NCBI GenBank assembly: GCA_902497095.1
Contig: CABVDD010000001.1
Location: 54,311-118,310, forward strand
DNA: 64,000 bases
Direction of reading: 5' to 3'
Source of the DNA: an uncultured Faecalicoccus sp.
GTDB lineage: Bacteria; Bacillota_I; Bacilli_A; Erysipelotrichales; Erysipelotrichaceae
Each line of letters opens with the position of its first letter. The first letter of the stretch is position 1. Below the pieces are notes generated by a model. It saw only the letters and a list, made by a program, of their open reading frames with translations. It searched no databases and had not been told where the DNA came from. Positions 26,790-35,493 of this stretch are shown here, piece by piece. The translations under genes were made by a program, and so were the position numbers.

Positions 26790-27733
26790 AAAATATTGTA
26801 GTTATTGGTGGAGGTACAGGTCTTTCAAGTATGCTTATGGGTATGAAAAGTATCCAAAATGTCAACATTACCGCTATTGTGACAGTGGCCGATGATGGAG
26901 GAAGCACTGGTCGTATCCGAGATATCTACAATGTGCCGGCTGTTGGAGATATTCGCCATGTGCTTTGTGCAATGGCACAAGATGATGAAAATCATTTGTT
27001 TAGCGATTTGATGAATTATCGCTTTGAAGGTGATAAAGATATCGGAGGACACAATCTGGGAAATCTGATTTTTCTGGCATTGATGAATTTGACAGGTTCT
27101 TTTATTGGAGCAATCCAGGCTATCAGTAAAGTTTTGAAAGTCAAGGGTACCATTGTTCCTAGTACCCTTGATATCGTAACATTGTATGCGATGATGAAAG
27201 ATGGAACTTTGGTTCGAGGAGAAAAAAATATCCCAACTTTAGATAACAGTATCGATCATGTTTTTTACCAGAAAAAAGTAACACCGTATCTGCCAGCCAT
27301 TCAAGCCATTGAAAAAGCAGATATCCTGATCTATGGAATTGGTTCATTATACACATCGATCATGCCAAATTTGATCATCGATGAGATAGCCGATGCCATA
27401 CATAGAACGACATGCCCGCATATTTATTTTTGTAATGCGATGTCACAACCTGGAGAAACAGATGGTTACAGCATGGAAGATCATATTCGGGCGATAGAAA
27501 GACATTCATTTAAAGATCCGGTAGATCTAGTAGTGGTCGATCAAAGTTATATTCCACAATCTATTTTGGATAAATATGCAAAGATGCATTCTTTTCCAAT
27601 TCAGGTACAAGAAGAAGATCATTCTTATAAAATCTTGAAGCGAAATATGATTTATTTTGATGAAAAAGGACGAATTCGTCATGATCCCAAAGCTGTTCGT
27701 GAAGTTGTAGAAGAGATTTTAAAAGCGCTTTAA
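26786..27733 (+). CDS. yvcK: Gluconeogenesis/cell-shape factor YvcK (UPF0052, CofD-like)
   Basis: 315 aa, N-terminal VVIGGGTGLS. Conserved position between rapZ and whiA, with an ATGA overlap with rapZ. Confidence 0.9.
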   Translation: MKNIVVIGGGTGLSSMLMGMKSIQNVNITAIVTVADDGGSTGRIRDIYNVPAVGDIRHVLCAMAQDDENHLFSDLMNYRFEGDKDIGGHNLGNLIFLALMNLTGSFIGAIQAISKVLKVKGTIVPSTLDIVTLYAMMKDGTLVRGEKNIPTLDNSIDHVFYQKKVTPYLPAIQAIEKADILIYGIGSLYTSIMPNLIIDEIADAIHRTTCPHIYFCNAMSQPGETDGYSMEDHIRAIERHSFKDPVDLVVVDQSYIPQSILDKYAKMHSFPIQVQEEDHSYKILKRNMIYFDEKGRIRHDPKAVREVVEEILKAL

Positions 27734-27797
27734 GTTTCAATTTAGAAGACAATTATGATTCTCATGATATAATAACTAGCACAAAAGGAGGTCTTGT

Positions 27798-28745
27798 ATG
27801 TCATTTACAAGTGAGGTAAAAAAACAAATCTGTGATGATGTATTGGATACCTTGGCCGCTAAAGCGCAGCTATGTGCCTTATTACAGATGCGCGCCTCTT
27901 TACATATGAATTGGCAGGGGATGTATTTATCGTTTCAAACGGAAAATGCAACGATTGCCAAGCATGTATTTCAAAGAATGAAAGAATTATATCAGGTAGA
28001 TCCAAGGCTTTCTGTGCTCAGAAAGATGCAGTTAAAAAAGAATAATGTATATCGTATTCAAGTATATGATAAAGCGCAGACGATTTTATCCGATTTGAAA
28101 ATATTGACCGAAAGTGGTTTGCATTTTGCACCTCCGATTCAATACACGCGCTCAGAAAAAAATGCCAGAGCTTATCTGCAAGGGTGTTTTTTAGCAGGTG
28201 GAAGCATCAATGATCCAAAGACGACAAATTATCATTGTGAGATCAGCACCCATGAAGAACAAATGGCACAAAGCATACAAAAGATGATGCAGCGGTTTTA
28301 TTTGCCGGCCAAAACGATACGTCGAAAAAATGCTTATATTGTCTATTTAAAAGCAGGGGATAAAATTGCAGACTTTTTAAAACTTTGTAATGCATCACAG
28401 GCTTTATTCGATTTTGAAGATTCGCGTATACAACGTGATTTTTACAATAATTTAAAACGATTGGATAATTGTGAATTGGCGAATGAAATGAAAGCGTTAA
28501 AAGCAGGTAAAAAACAATTGGATTATATTTATGCATTGGAGAAAAATGAAAATAAAGTAGAGATTTCTTCCAAGATACGACATGTGATGGAAATACGAAA
28601 AAAGTTTCCGGAAGCCAGTATGAATGAATTGTGTGAACAATGTTATCTGGCATATGGAGAAATTATTTCCAAATCAGGCATGAAACATCGATTAGGAAAA
28701 ATTAAAGAAATGGCAAAACCTTTTTTGGAGGATTCAGATGCGTAA
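27798..28745 (+). CDS. whiA: DNA-binding protein WhiA
   Basis: 315 aa. Degenerate LAGLIDADG-like domains (GCFLAGGSINDP) and a C-terminal HTH. Confidence 0.9.
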   Translation: MSFTSEVKKQICDDVLDTLAAKAQLCALLQMRASLHMNWQGMYLSFQTENATIAKHVFQRMKELYQVDPRLSVLRKMQLKKNNVYRIQVYDKAQTILSDLKILTESGLHFAPPIQYTRSEKNARAYLQGCFLAGGSINDPKTTNYHCEISTHEEQMAQSIQKMMQRFYLPAKTIRRKNAYIVYLKAGDKIADFLKLCNASQALFDFEDSRIQRDFYNNLKRLDNCELANEMKALKAGKKQLDYIYALEKNENKVEISSKIRHVMEIRKKFPEASMNELCEQCYLAYGEIISKSGMKHRLGKIKEMAKPFLEDSDA

Positions 28746-29268
28746 ACTATGTATGATATTTATGGGTTTGTTATTGTTGACAGGCTGTTCTGGCCCTTCT
28801 TTACAAAGACAGACTTTTACAGTTGAATTAGGTCAGGATATTTATGCGAATGCTGCCTTATATATCAAAGATGCACAAAATTATCCAACCGATGACTGGG
28901 AAGTAGAGGCTAAGAGTTCAGGCATCGTAAAGACACAAAATCGGTTTACTTCGGAAAATATGGATTATTTGGTTGTCGGGCAGTATGATTTTGTGATTCA
29001 TGCAGGGAATCGGGATATTGATTTCTCTATCTCTGTCAAAGATACACAGCCACCGACTATATTGTCTTGTCCTTCGGAAATCAGTGTTTCAACAGGACAA
29101 AGCGTGGATTGGTCTGCTTATATAAAAGCAAGTGATTTAAGTGGAGTTTCATTTTCAACGGCCTCGGAATTTAACCCTTCATCAGCAGGCGAGCAAGATG
29201 TATCGGTACGAATATCGGATCGTTTTGGAAATGCGGTGACACGAGAAATCCATGTCAATGTAACATAA
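28738..29268 (+). CDS. Lipoprotein with Ig-like domains, unknown function
   Basis: Classic lipobox LLLTGC. Domain pattern (FTVELGQDI..., VGQYDFVI..., VKDTQPPTI) parallels the N-terminal region of the VanY-like protein at 3111-4262. Confidence 0.6.
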   Translation: MRKLCMIFMGLLLLTGCSGPSLQRQTFTVELGQDIYANAALYIKDAQNYPTDDWEVEAKSSGIVKTQNRFTSENMDYLVVGQYDFVIHAGNRDIDFSISVKDTQPPTILSCPSEISVSTGQSVDWSAYIKASDLSGVSFSTASEFNPSSAGEQDVSVRISDRFGNAVTREIHVNVT

Positions 29269-29278
29269 GGAGATATAG

Positions 29279-30061
29279 ATGCAATTAGAAGTGATTTTAG
29301 GATTGGGAATTCCTTTTTTAGGAACGATGTTGGGAGCGGCAGTCGTTTTCTTTTTAAAAAAAGGAGTTCCTTTACTGGTTGAAAAATTTATGCTTGGCTT
29401 TGCGGCTGGTGTAATGATCGCAGCCAGTGTATTTAGTTTATTGTTGCCGGCTATGGAAGAAGTAGAACGTCTACATCAAAACAGTTGGCTGGTTACGGCT
29501 GTAGGTTTTTTACTGGGAATTTTCTTTTTACTGATATTGGATGAAATAATACCTCATATTCATGTGGATTCGGATCAGGAAGAGGGAATACATACCTCAT
29601 GGAAAAAAACAACAAAGTTATTCTTTGCGATGACGCTTCATAACATTCCAGAAGGAATGTCTTTAGGGATTGTCTTTGCGGGATTGTATACAGCTGATAC
29701 CACATTGACCATTGAAGGAGCTTTAGCGCTTTCGATGGGAATCGCGATCCAAAACTTTCCGGAAGGAGCCGTTCTATCATTACCTTTGCATTCACAGGGC
29801 ATGTCTAGAATGAAATCTTTTATTTTGGGTACGGCTTCTGGAATCGTTGAGCCTATAGGCGCTTTTTTAACTATTTTATTTTCTTCGGTTTTACAACCGA
29901 TCTTGCCTTGGTTATTAGCTTTTGCGGCAGGCGCTATGGTATATGTCTGCGTGGAAGAATTGATTCCACAATCACAACAAGGAAAACATACAAATATCGC
30001 CACCATTGCCTTTGCTCTTGGATTTGCCTGTATGATGATCTTAGATACAGCTTTGGGGTAA
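29279..30061 (+). CDS. zupT: ZIP family metal (zinc) transporter
   Basis: 260 aa, 8 hydrophobic helices. HNIPEGMSLG and QNFPEGA motifs are characteristic of ZupT/ZIP. Confidence 0.85.
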   Translation: MQLEVILGLGIPFLGTMLGAAVVFFLKKGVPLLVEKFMLGFAAGVMIAASVFSLLLPAMEEVERLHQNSWLVTAVGFLLGIFFLLILDEIIPHIHVDSDQEEGIHTSWKKTTKLFFAMTLHNIPEGMSLGIVFAGLYTADTTLTIEGALALSMGIAIQNFPEGAVLSLPLHSQGMSRMKSFILGTASGIVEPIGAFLTILFSSVLQPILPWLLAFAAGAMVYVCVEELIPQSQQGKHTNIATIAFALGFACMMILDTALG

Positions 30062-30064
30062 GAT

Positions 30065-30427
30065 ATGAAACTTACAAAAGCAGACCGGATCTTGATCGTG
30101 ATTTTGATGCTTGTCTCTTTTTTAAGCCTTTTTTTCTTGATGCAGCAGACTACCCAGGCTAATAAAGCCGATGTTTATGTGAAAGAAGAAAAAGTCTTAT
30201 CTATCGATTTAAATCAAGATGGTCATTACAGTGTGGATGGTACGAATGGTAAAGTAGAAATTGAAGTAAAAGATCATGCCATTCGGGTAACGCAGGAAAA
30301 CAGTCCACATCATCTTTGTTCCAGGCAGGGTTTTGTTTTGGATTCAAATGTGCCGATTGTTTGCCTGCCCAATGAAACTGTAATTCAAATCGAAGGTGAC
30401 ACAAAGGAAGATACGGTGATACAATGA
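30065..30427 (+). CDS. NusG domain II-like small membrane-anchored protein
   Basis: 120 aa, N-terminal TM helix, beta-rich C-terminal part with CxxxG...C. Its position directly upstream of a Gx-transporter gene is the pairing I recall from Firmicutes annotations. Confidence 0.5.
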   Translation: MKLTKADRILIVILMLVSFLSLFFLMQQTTQANKADVYVKEEKVLSIDLNQDGHYSVDGTNGKVEIEVKDHAIRVTQENSPHHLCSRQGFVLDSNVPIVCLPNETVIQIEGDTKEDTVIQ

Positions 30428-30924
30428 AAACAGAAAAAATTGTAGAATTATCTTTTTTATGTGCTATTGGAATCGTTTTACAGATACTGGAAAGTTTTTT
30501 GCCCACTTCCTGGATCATTCCCGGATTCAAGATCGGCTTTGCCAATATCACAGCTTTATTTGTATTAAAGATGTATGGAATTCGTTCAATGTGTTTAGTT
30601 AGTGCCTTACGTGTTTTTATGGCAAGTCTTTTACAGGGAACTTTATTTTCTGTTTCTTTTTGGCTTTCGGCAAGCGGTGCTTGTTTAGCTTTGATTGCCA
30701 TGAGCATAGGGTATAAAAGCGGATTGTTTTCAATTTTTGGCATCAGTATTCTAGGCGCAGCTTTTCATAGTATCGGTCAAGTTTTGATGGTTACATGGAT
30801 ATATCAACAGTTTTTTATGCAGTTGTTTTTGCCAATCTTACTGGCATTGTCTATTGTAAGTGGCTTGTGCATTGGTCTTTTAAGCCAGCTTATAATGAAT
30901 CGTTGGAAAGGAAGAAGTGTATGA
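30424..30924 (+). CDS. Gx transporter family protein (formerly 'heptaprenyl diphosphate synthase component I'-like)
   Basis: 166 aa, 5 hydrophobic helices. ATGA overlap with the upstream gene. Confidence 0.55.
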   Translation: MKTEKIVELSFLCAIGIVLQILESFLPTSWIIPGFKIGFANITALFVLKMYGIRSMCLVSALRVFMASLLQGTLFSVSFWLSASGACLALIAMSIGYKSGLFSIFGISILGAAFHSIGQVLMVTWIYQQFFMQLFLPILLALSIVSGLCIGLLSQLIMNRWKGRSV

Positions 30925-31175
30925 TGTTTGTTTATAAACCACAAGGTGTATGTTCTCGTGAATTCCATTTTGAAATTCAAGATGGCGTGATCCAGTCTTT
31001 TGAAGCTATTGGAGGATGCAATGGAAATTTAAAAGGTATAGGACGTCTGTTAAAGGGAAGGGAAGTAAAGGAAGTTATGCAAAATCTGGAAGGTGTAACT
31101 TGTGGAACAAAGCCTACATCGTGTCCCGATCAGATTTCTAAAGCTTTGCAGGCTTATGTAAAAGAAAATGGCTGA
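30921..31175 (+). CDS. TSCPD-domain small protein with four conserved Cys (TIGR03905-like)
   Basis: 84 aa counted from ATG 30921 (ATGA overlap with the upstream stop). Literal TSCPDQ motif and Cys at positions 11, 33, 61 and 68. Confidence 0.7.
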   Translation: MMFVYKPQGVCSREFHFEIQDGVIQSFEAIGGCNGNLKGIGRLLKGREVKEVMQNLEGVTCGTKPTSCPDQISKALQAYVKENG

Positions 31176-31794
31176 TTATTTTTTAGGGGCTTTAAAAGCA
31201 CTGGAAAGACGTTCTAAAGATAATGTATTGATCTTTTCGGATGTTTTAACAGAACGTTTAGATGCTTTGGTAGAATCGATGATTTATCAAAGAGTTTCAG
31301 ACAACGACTATTTAAAGACATTGGAGTTGTATTATAAAAAATATCAAAGGTTTGAAAATCATAAAGGAATGTATTTTTGTATCCTTCGTATGCAGCATTT
31401 GATGCAGTTAAAAAAAGAGCATAAAAGGCCAGAAAATTGGCGTTATCTTGAATTAACAACGAATGTAGATCATGAAGTACAAGAGTTTTTAAAAGAGCAT
31501 AAGTCTTATTATCAAAATGCTGTTTATGAATATAAACGTGTATTTTTGATGATTTTATTAGCCTTTACCGTTGCGATTTTAGTTGTAAGCGTGTTGATCT
31601 TTCAAATTCCTTTTTGGCTTGGATGGCTTTTATCGGTTTGTTTCTATGGAGGAATGTGGTTCTTTGGTAAAGAAAAAGGAATCGGTTTTTTAATGGAAAA
31701 GCAGATTCAAAAACTTTATCCGGATTTAGATGTACTTTGTCAAAGACTGGATCGTTCTGTTATGAGAAAAAAGAATACAAACAAATTTTTCTAA
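31168..31794 (+). CDS. Hypothetical membrane protein (two TM helices)
   Basis: 208 aa. The start overlaps the TSCPD gene by 8 nt. No family recognised. Confidence 0.5.
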   Translation: MADYFLGALKALERRSKDNVLIFSDVLTERLDALVESMIYQRVSDNDYLKTLELYYKKYQRFENHKGMYFCILRMQHLMQLKKEHKRPENWRYLELTTNVDHEVQEFLKEHKSYYQNAVYEYKRVFLMILLAFTVAILVVSVLIFQIPFWLGWLLSVCFYGGMWFFGKEKGIGFLMEKQIQKLYPDLDVLCQRLDRSVMRKKNTNKFF

Positions 31795-31799
31795 AAGAT

Positions 31800-31817
31800 T
31801 TGTTAACATCTTCACAA
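31800..31817. promoter_or_regulatory. Rex operator upstream of rex (autoregulation)
   Basis: TTGTTAA-CATC-TTCACAA matches the Rex box TTGTGAA-N4-TTCACAA in 13 of 14 half-site positions. It sits upstream of the -10-like TAAAAT at 31832-31837. Confidence 0.7.
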
Positions 31818-31858
31818 AGTATAAAAAAATGCTAAAATATCTTTAGGAGTGATGAGAC

Positions 31859-32497
31859 ATGGCTACTAAAAAAGTACCAAAAGCGACCTTACAAAGATAC
31901 CCGCTATATTTAAAAGCATTACGTCGCTTGAAAAAGAATGGTGTCCAAAGAATCATGTCCAAAGAATTATCAACGTTTGTAGATATCGAGTCAACTACGA
32001 TTCGTAGAGATTTCTCATTTTTAGGTAATTTAGGGAAACAAGGATATGGTTATGATGTAGATCGTTTGATAGAGATCTTTAATGCGGAACTCGGTGTGGA
32101 TTTTGATGAGAAAATTATCTTGGTGGGAGCCGGTAACTTAGGTCGTGCCTTGATGAATTATAATAAATGGGATCATGTTGTAGGTGAAATTGCCTGTGCT
32201 TTTGATATGGATGAGGCTAAAGCAGGGATACAGTTTGGTGTAAGAATCTATCCTATGTCACAATTGGAGGAAAAAATTCCCGAAGGCTGCCATATAGCCA
32301 TCTTGACGATCTCACATAAAATACAGGAAACCGTGGATCGTCTGGTTGCTTGTGGAATTACTGGTCTTGTGGATTTTACACATGAACATTTTCTAGTGCC
32401 AAAAGGGGTTGCCGTAAAAGTTGTAGATGTGGTATCATCAATTCAAGAGTTGGTATTTATTACCAATTCCATGGATACAAAGGCTAAGAAACAGTAG
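31859..32497 (+). CDS. rex: Redox-sensing transcriptional repressor Rex
   Basis: 212 aa. N-terminal winged helix (ATLQRYPLYLKAL) and Rossmann motif LVGAGNLGRAL. Confidence 0.9.
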   Translation: MATKKVPKATLQRYPLYLKALRRLKKNGVQRIMSKELSTFVDIESTTIRRDFSFLGNLGKQGYGYDVDRLIEIFNAELGVDFDEKIILVGAGNLGRALMNYNKWDHVVGEIACAFDMDEAKAGIQFGVRIYPMSQLEEKIPEGCHIAILTISHKIQETVDRLVACGITGLVDFTHEHFLVPKGVAVKVVDVVSSIQELVFITNSMDTKAKKQ

Positions 32498-32504
32498 TGG
32501 CTGT

Positions 32505-32698
32505 AGGTGATGCGTGAAAAGAGAGTCCTGTCAGGTGAAAAGGGACCGATAGCTTATGAGCACAACAACTGCGGAGCTGGACTGGAGAAATAGTAGTAGA
32601 CAGTCTCGCTGGAGTGCGTTAATCTCAAGAGGGCTTTTTTGAAACAGGATGGTACCGCGGTTTTATATCGTTCCTAAGGGGGAGCGATTTTTTTTATT
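32505..32698 (+). promoter_or_regulatory. T-box leader (tRNA-Asn sensing) with intrinsic terminator, upstream of asnS
   Basis: AGAGA box (32520-4), specifier region CACAACAACT with AAC codons (32564-9), distal-loop AGTAGTAG, T-box sequence GGATGGTACCGCGG (32647-60). Terminator ATCGTTCC/GGAGCGAT plus T8 (32667-98). Confidence 0.85.
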
Positions 32699-32717
32699 TT
32701 ACAGGAGGATAAAAAAG

Positions 32718-34076
32718 ATGTTAGTCAAAAAGTTAAAAGAAGATTTTCTGAGTTTAGATGGACAAAACATTACTTTACAAGGATGGGTTAGAACAAATCG
32801 AAATTCTAAAGCTTTAGGATTTATTGAATTAAATGATGGTTCTTGTTTTAGTAATGTGCAAGTTGTATATTATCAGGAAAGTACAAAAAATTATGATACG
32901 ATCAGTAAGATCACACTAGGCTCTGCCATTGAAGTACAAGGAAAATTAGTGTGTACCCCAGATTCTAAACAGCCTTTTGAAATTCAGGCCGAAACTATAG
33001 AAGTACTTGGATTAAGCGACCATGATTATCCGTTACAAAAAAAGCGTCACAGTTTTGAATATATGCGCGAGATTCCTCATGTACGTCCTCGTGCCAATAC
33101 TTATTATGCGATCTTCCGTTTACGCAGTGTTTTATCAATGGCTATCCATACTTTTTTTCAAGACAGAGGATTTGTATATGTCCATACGCCAATCATTACA
33201 GGTAATGATGCAGAAGGTGCAGGAGAATGTTTTACAGTCACGACAAGAGAAGATAATAAATATGAAGAAGATTTCTTTGGCAAACATGCCCAGCTTACTG
33301 TTTCTGGACAACTTCATGTAGAGCCTTTTGCCTTGACTTATCGCAATGTATATACTTTTGGGCCAACATTCCGTGCCGAAAATTCGAATACGACAAGACA
33401 TGCCAGTGAATTTTGGATGATCGAACCGGAATTAGCTTTTGCCGATCTAAGCGATAATATGGATTGTATTGAAGAAATGATTAAATATTGTATCAATTAT
33501 TGTTTGGAACATGCGCCGGAAGAAATGGCATTTTTTGAAAAAATGATCGACAAAGATTGTATCAAACGAATCAAAGCAGTAGCGGCATCCAACTTTAAGC
33601 GTATGACATATACAGAAGCTATTGCCCATTTAGAAAAAGCTAAAGACGAATTTGAAAATAAAGATATATATTGGGGCATGGATCTGCAAAGTGAACATGA
33701 ACGTTATATTTGTGAAAAAGTAGTTAATGGCCCTGTTTTCTTAATTGATTATCCAAAAGAAATAAAAGCATTCTACATGCGTGTCAATGAAGATCAAAAA
33801 ACAGTGGCAGCCTGTGATTTACTAGTTCCTTATGTAGGAGAATTAGTAGGAGGATCACAGCGTGAAGAACGTTATGATGTATTGGTTGAAAAGTTAAAAG
33901 AACTAGGAATTTCACAAGAACCTTTACAATGGTATTTAGATCTTCGCCGTTTTGGAGGATGTAAACACAGTGGTTTTGGATTAGGTTTTGATCGTATGTT
34001 AATGTACTTAAGTGGTATACAAAATATTCGTGATGTAGAACCTTATCCACGTACGCCTAGAAATCTGGTTTTCTAA
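32718..34076 (+). CDS. asnS: Asparagine--tRNA ligase
   Basis: Class IIb aaRS motifs ([18 protein letters not shown]). ATG 32718 follows SD AGGAGG. The 5' extension of the track ORF is the T-box leader. Confidence 0.9.
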   Translation: MLVKKLKEDFLSLDGQNITLQGWVRTNRNSKALGFIELNDGSCFSNVQVVYYQESTKNYDTISKITLGSAIEVQGKLVCTPDSKQPFEIQAETIEVLGLSDHDYPLQKKRHSFEYMREIPHVRPRANTYYAIFRLRSVLSMAIHTFFQDRGFVYVHTPIITGNDAEGAGECFTVTTREDNKYEEDFFGKHAQLTVSGQLHVEPFALTYRNVYTFGPTFRAENSNTTRHASEFWMIEPELAFADLSDNMDCIEEMIKYCINYCLEHAPEEMAFFEKMIDKDCIKRIKAVAASNFKRMTYTEAIAHLEKAKDEFENKDIYWGMDLQSEHERYICEKVVNGPVFLIDYPKEIKAFYMRVNEDQKTVAACDLLVPYVGELVGGSQREERYDVLVEKLKELGISQEPLQWYLDLRRFGGCKHSGFGLGFDRMLMYLSGIQNIRDVEPYPRTPRNLVF

Positions 34077-34097
34077 AGAGTCGAAAGACTCTTTTTT
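34076..34097 (+). terminator. Rho-independent terminator after asnS
   Basis: AAGAGTC-GAAA-GACTCTT followed by a T-run. Confidence 0.8.
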
Positions 34098-34179
34098 CAT
34101 TGTCTAATAAAACCCCTGGATAGTTTCAGGACACAATCTTAAACTAGGCGCTCTTTTTATTTTTTGATATACTTAGAGC

Positions 34180-35493
34180 ATGGCAAAAAGAAAACTACAT
34201 TCACGCTTTAAACATCCTAGAGCTATTATAGCTATTGTGGTGGTCATATCTTTGATCTGTGCTGCTTTATTTTTGTATATGAGCCGACCTTCAGATATCG
34301 ATCGTTTACAAATGAGCGTATTGGAAGAAATAGATTCCAAGGCTGTAAAGGAAAATGTAAAAAAAGGATTTAGCGAAACATTCGAAATTCAGGACTATGG
34401 TATTTATGGCGAGACTCTATCATTTTATAAGGGAGAATATGGACAAAAAAAATCAGATTCTTTGATTGGCTCCATGGTAGTTTTGCGAAATGTAGAGACA
34501 AAAAAAGAATTGAGCTTTGCGATTGGTGAAAGTATAGATTCCGGTATTCAGTTAGGAAGTCTGGATCCAGGATTATACGAAATCTATATTTATGAGAATT
34601 ATGAAAAGAAACGAGTTTATTTTGAAGATGCTTTTGATAGTGAGACATTTAGCACGATGAGAAATGACAAGCATGTCAAAGATATTACTTTGCATGCATC
34701 AAAGGACTATCTATCAGATTTTGGCATCTCCTACAAGTTGAACTATGCTTTTTTAGAAGTAAATGAAAATATACCGCAAGTTAAGATTGCGGATGTTGTT
34801 TTGGATCCAGGTGGAAACATATACAATGAATTTAGTATGCAGGATGAACCAGGAATCATAACCGATTTAATTAATGAGCCACAGGAAACAACCAGTTTTG
34901 CCAAGCTTGTGCAAGAAGAGTTAGAATCCAGAGGGTTGAAAGTTTTGTTGACTCGAGACAGTGATGAATTTGCCAGTTATTATGGTTCTTCTTCACGAGT
35001 AGGTGTAGGATATAACGCAAAGGCAAAAGCATTTATCAGTTTTGAAGTTTATGAAGATGATGCATTACAGTATCCGTACATTTTGACATCAAATTATACA
35101 AAAGGATTATTGGCTAATGAAGTGGCATATGCGTTTCGTTCCAAAGATTTGAAAATGGCATCTATCACCAATAACAATGTACAAAACAGTGCAGTTGCCA
35201 TCGACCCTGGGCAAAGTGTGGAAGGACAAGATCGAGTATATGATGCATATCCTCAATTAAGAGAAACCGGAGGAAAACAGACATTTGCCGGAGTGTTGGA
35301 GAATTCTTCAGCTAATCAAAGCTATAAAAATGATTTTGGTATGGAAAGTATGGTTTTCATGTTAGCTAATGGAAGTGATGAAGAAAGTGTTCGATATTAT
35401 CAGGAAAATAAAGCGCAGATGGCAAAAACCATTGCTGATGCGATATGCGAATATTATGGAATAGGTGAGAACAGTGAAACTGCAAGTCAGTAA
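34180..35493 (+). CDS. Membrane-anchored protein with a degenerate N-acetylmuramoyl-L-alanine amidase (Amidase_3)-like C-terminal domain
   Basis: 437 aa, N-terminal TM helix. The C-terminal domain aligns by eye to Amidase_3 (VVLDPGGN.., LLTRDSD, AFISFEV), but the His zinc ligands appear substituted. Confidence 0.55.
   Translation: MAKRKLHSRFKHPRAIIAIVVVISLICAALFLYMSRPSDIDRLQMSVLEEIDSKAVKENVKKGFSETFEIQDYGIYGETLSFYKGEYGQKKSDSLIGSMVVLRNVETKKELSFAIGESIDSGIQLGSLDPGLYEIYIYENYEKKRVYFEDAFDSETFSTMRNDKHVKDITLHASKDYLSDFGISYKLNYAFLEVNENIPQVKIADVVLDPGGNIYNEFSMQDEPGIITDLINEPQETTSFAKLVQEELESRGLKVLLTRDSDEFASYYGSSSRVGVGYNAKAKAFISFEVYEDDALQYPYILTSNYTKGLLANEVAYAFRSKDLKMASITNNNVQNSAVAIDPGQSVEGQDRVYDAYPQLRETGGKQTFAGVLENSSANQSYKNDFGMESMVFMLANGSDEESVRYYQENKAQMAKTIADAICEYYGIGENSETASQ

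Noticed and set aside
28243-28653. 136-aa minus-strand ORF antisense to whiA. Similar long antisense or alternative-frame ORFs occur at 12281-12679, 29638-30006, 30201-30743, 36125-36436, 38992-39381, 49334-49687, 52166-52513 and 58419-58760.
   Set aside because: Each lies entirely inside a well-supported conserved gene on the other strand or frame. They have no SD and a skewed, low-complexity composition typical of shadow ORFs in AT-rich genomes.
30795-30920. Long version (126 aa) of the TSCPD ORF.
   Set aside because: The extension overlaps the Gx-transporter gene in another frame. ATG 30921 forms an ATGA stop-start overlap and yields the 84-aa size expected for this family.
32649-32717. 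5' extension of the asnS ORF ([23 protein letters not shown]).
   Set aside because: This stretch is the T-box antiterminator and terminator. The real start, ATG 32718, has a strong AGGAGG SD.
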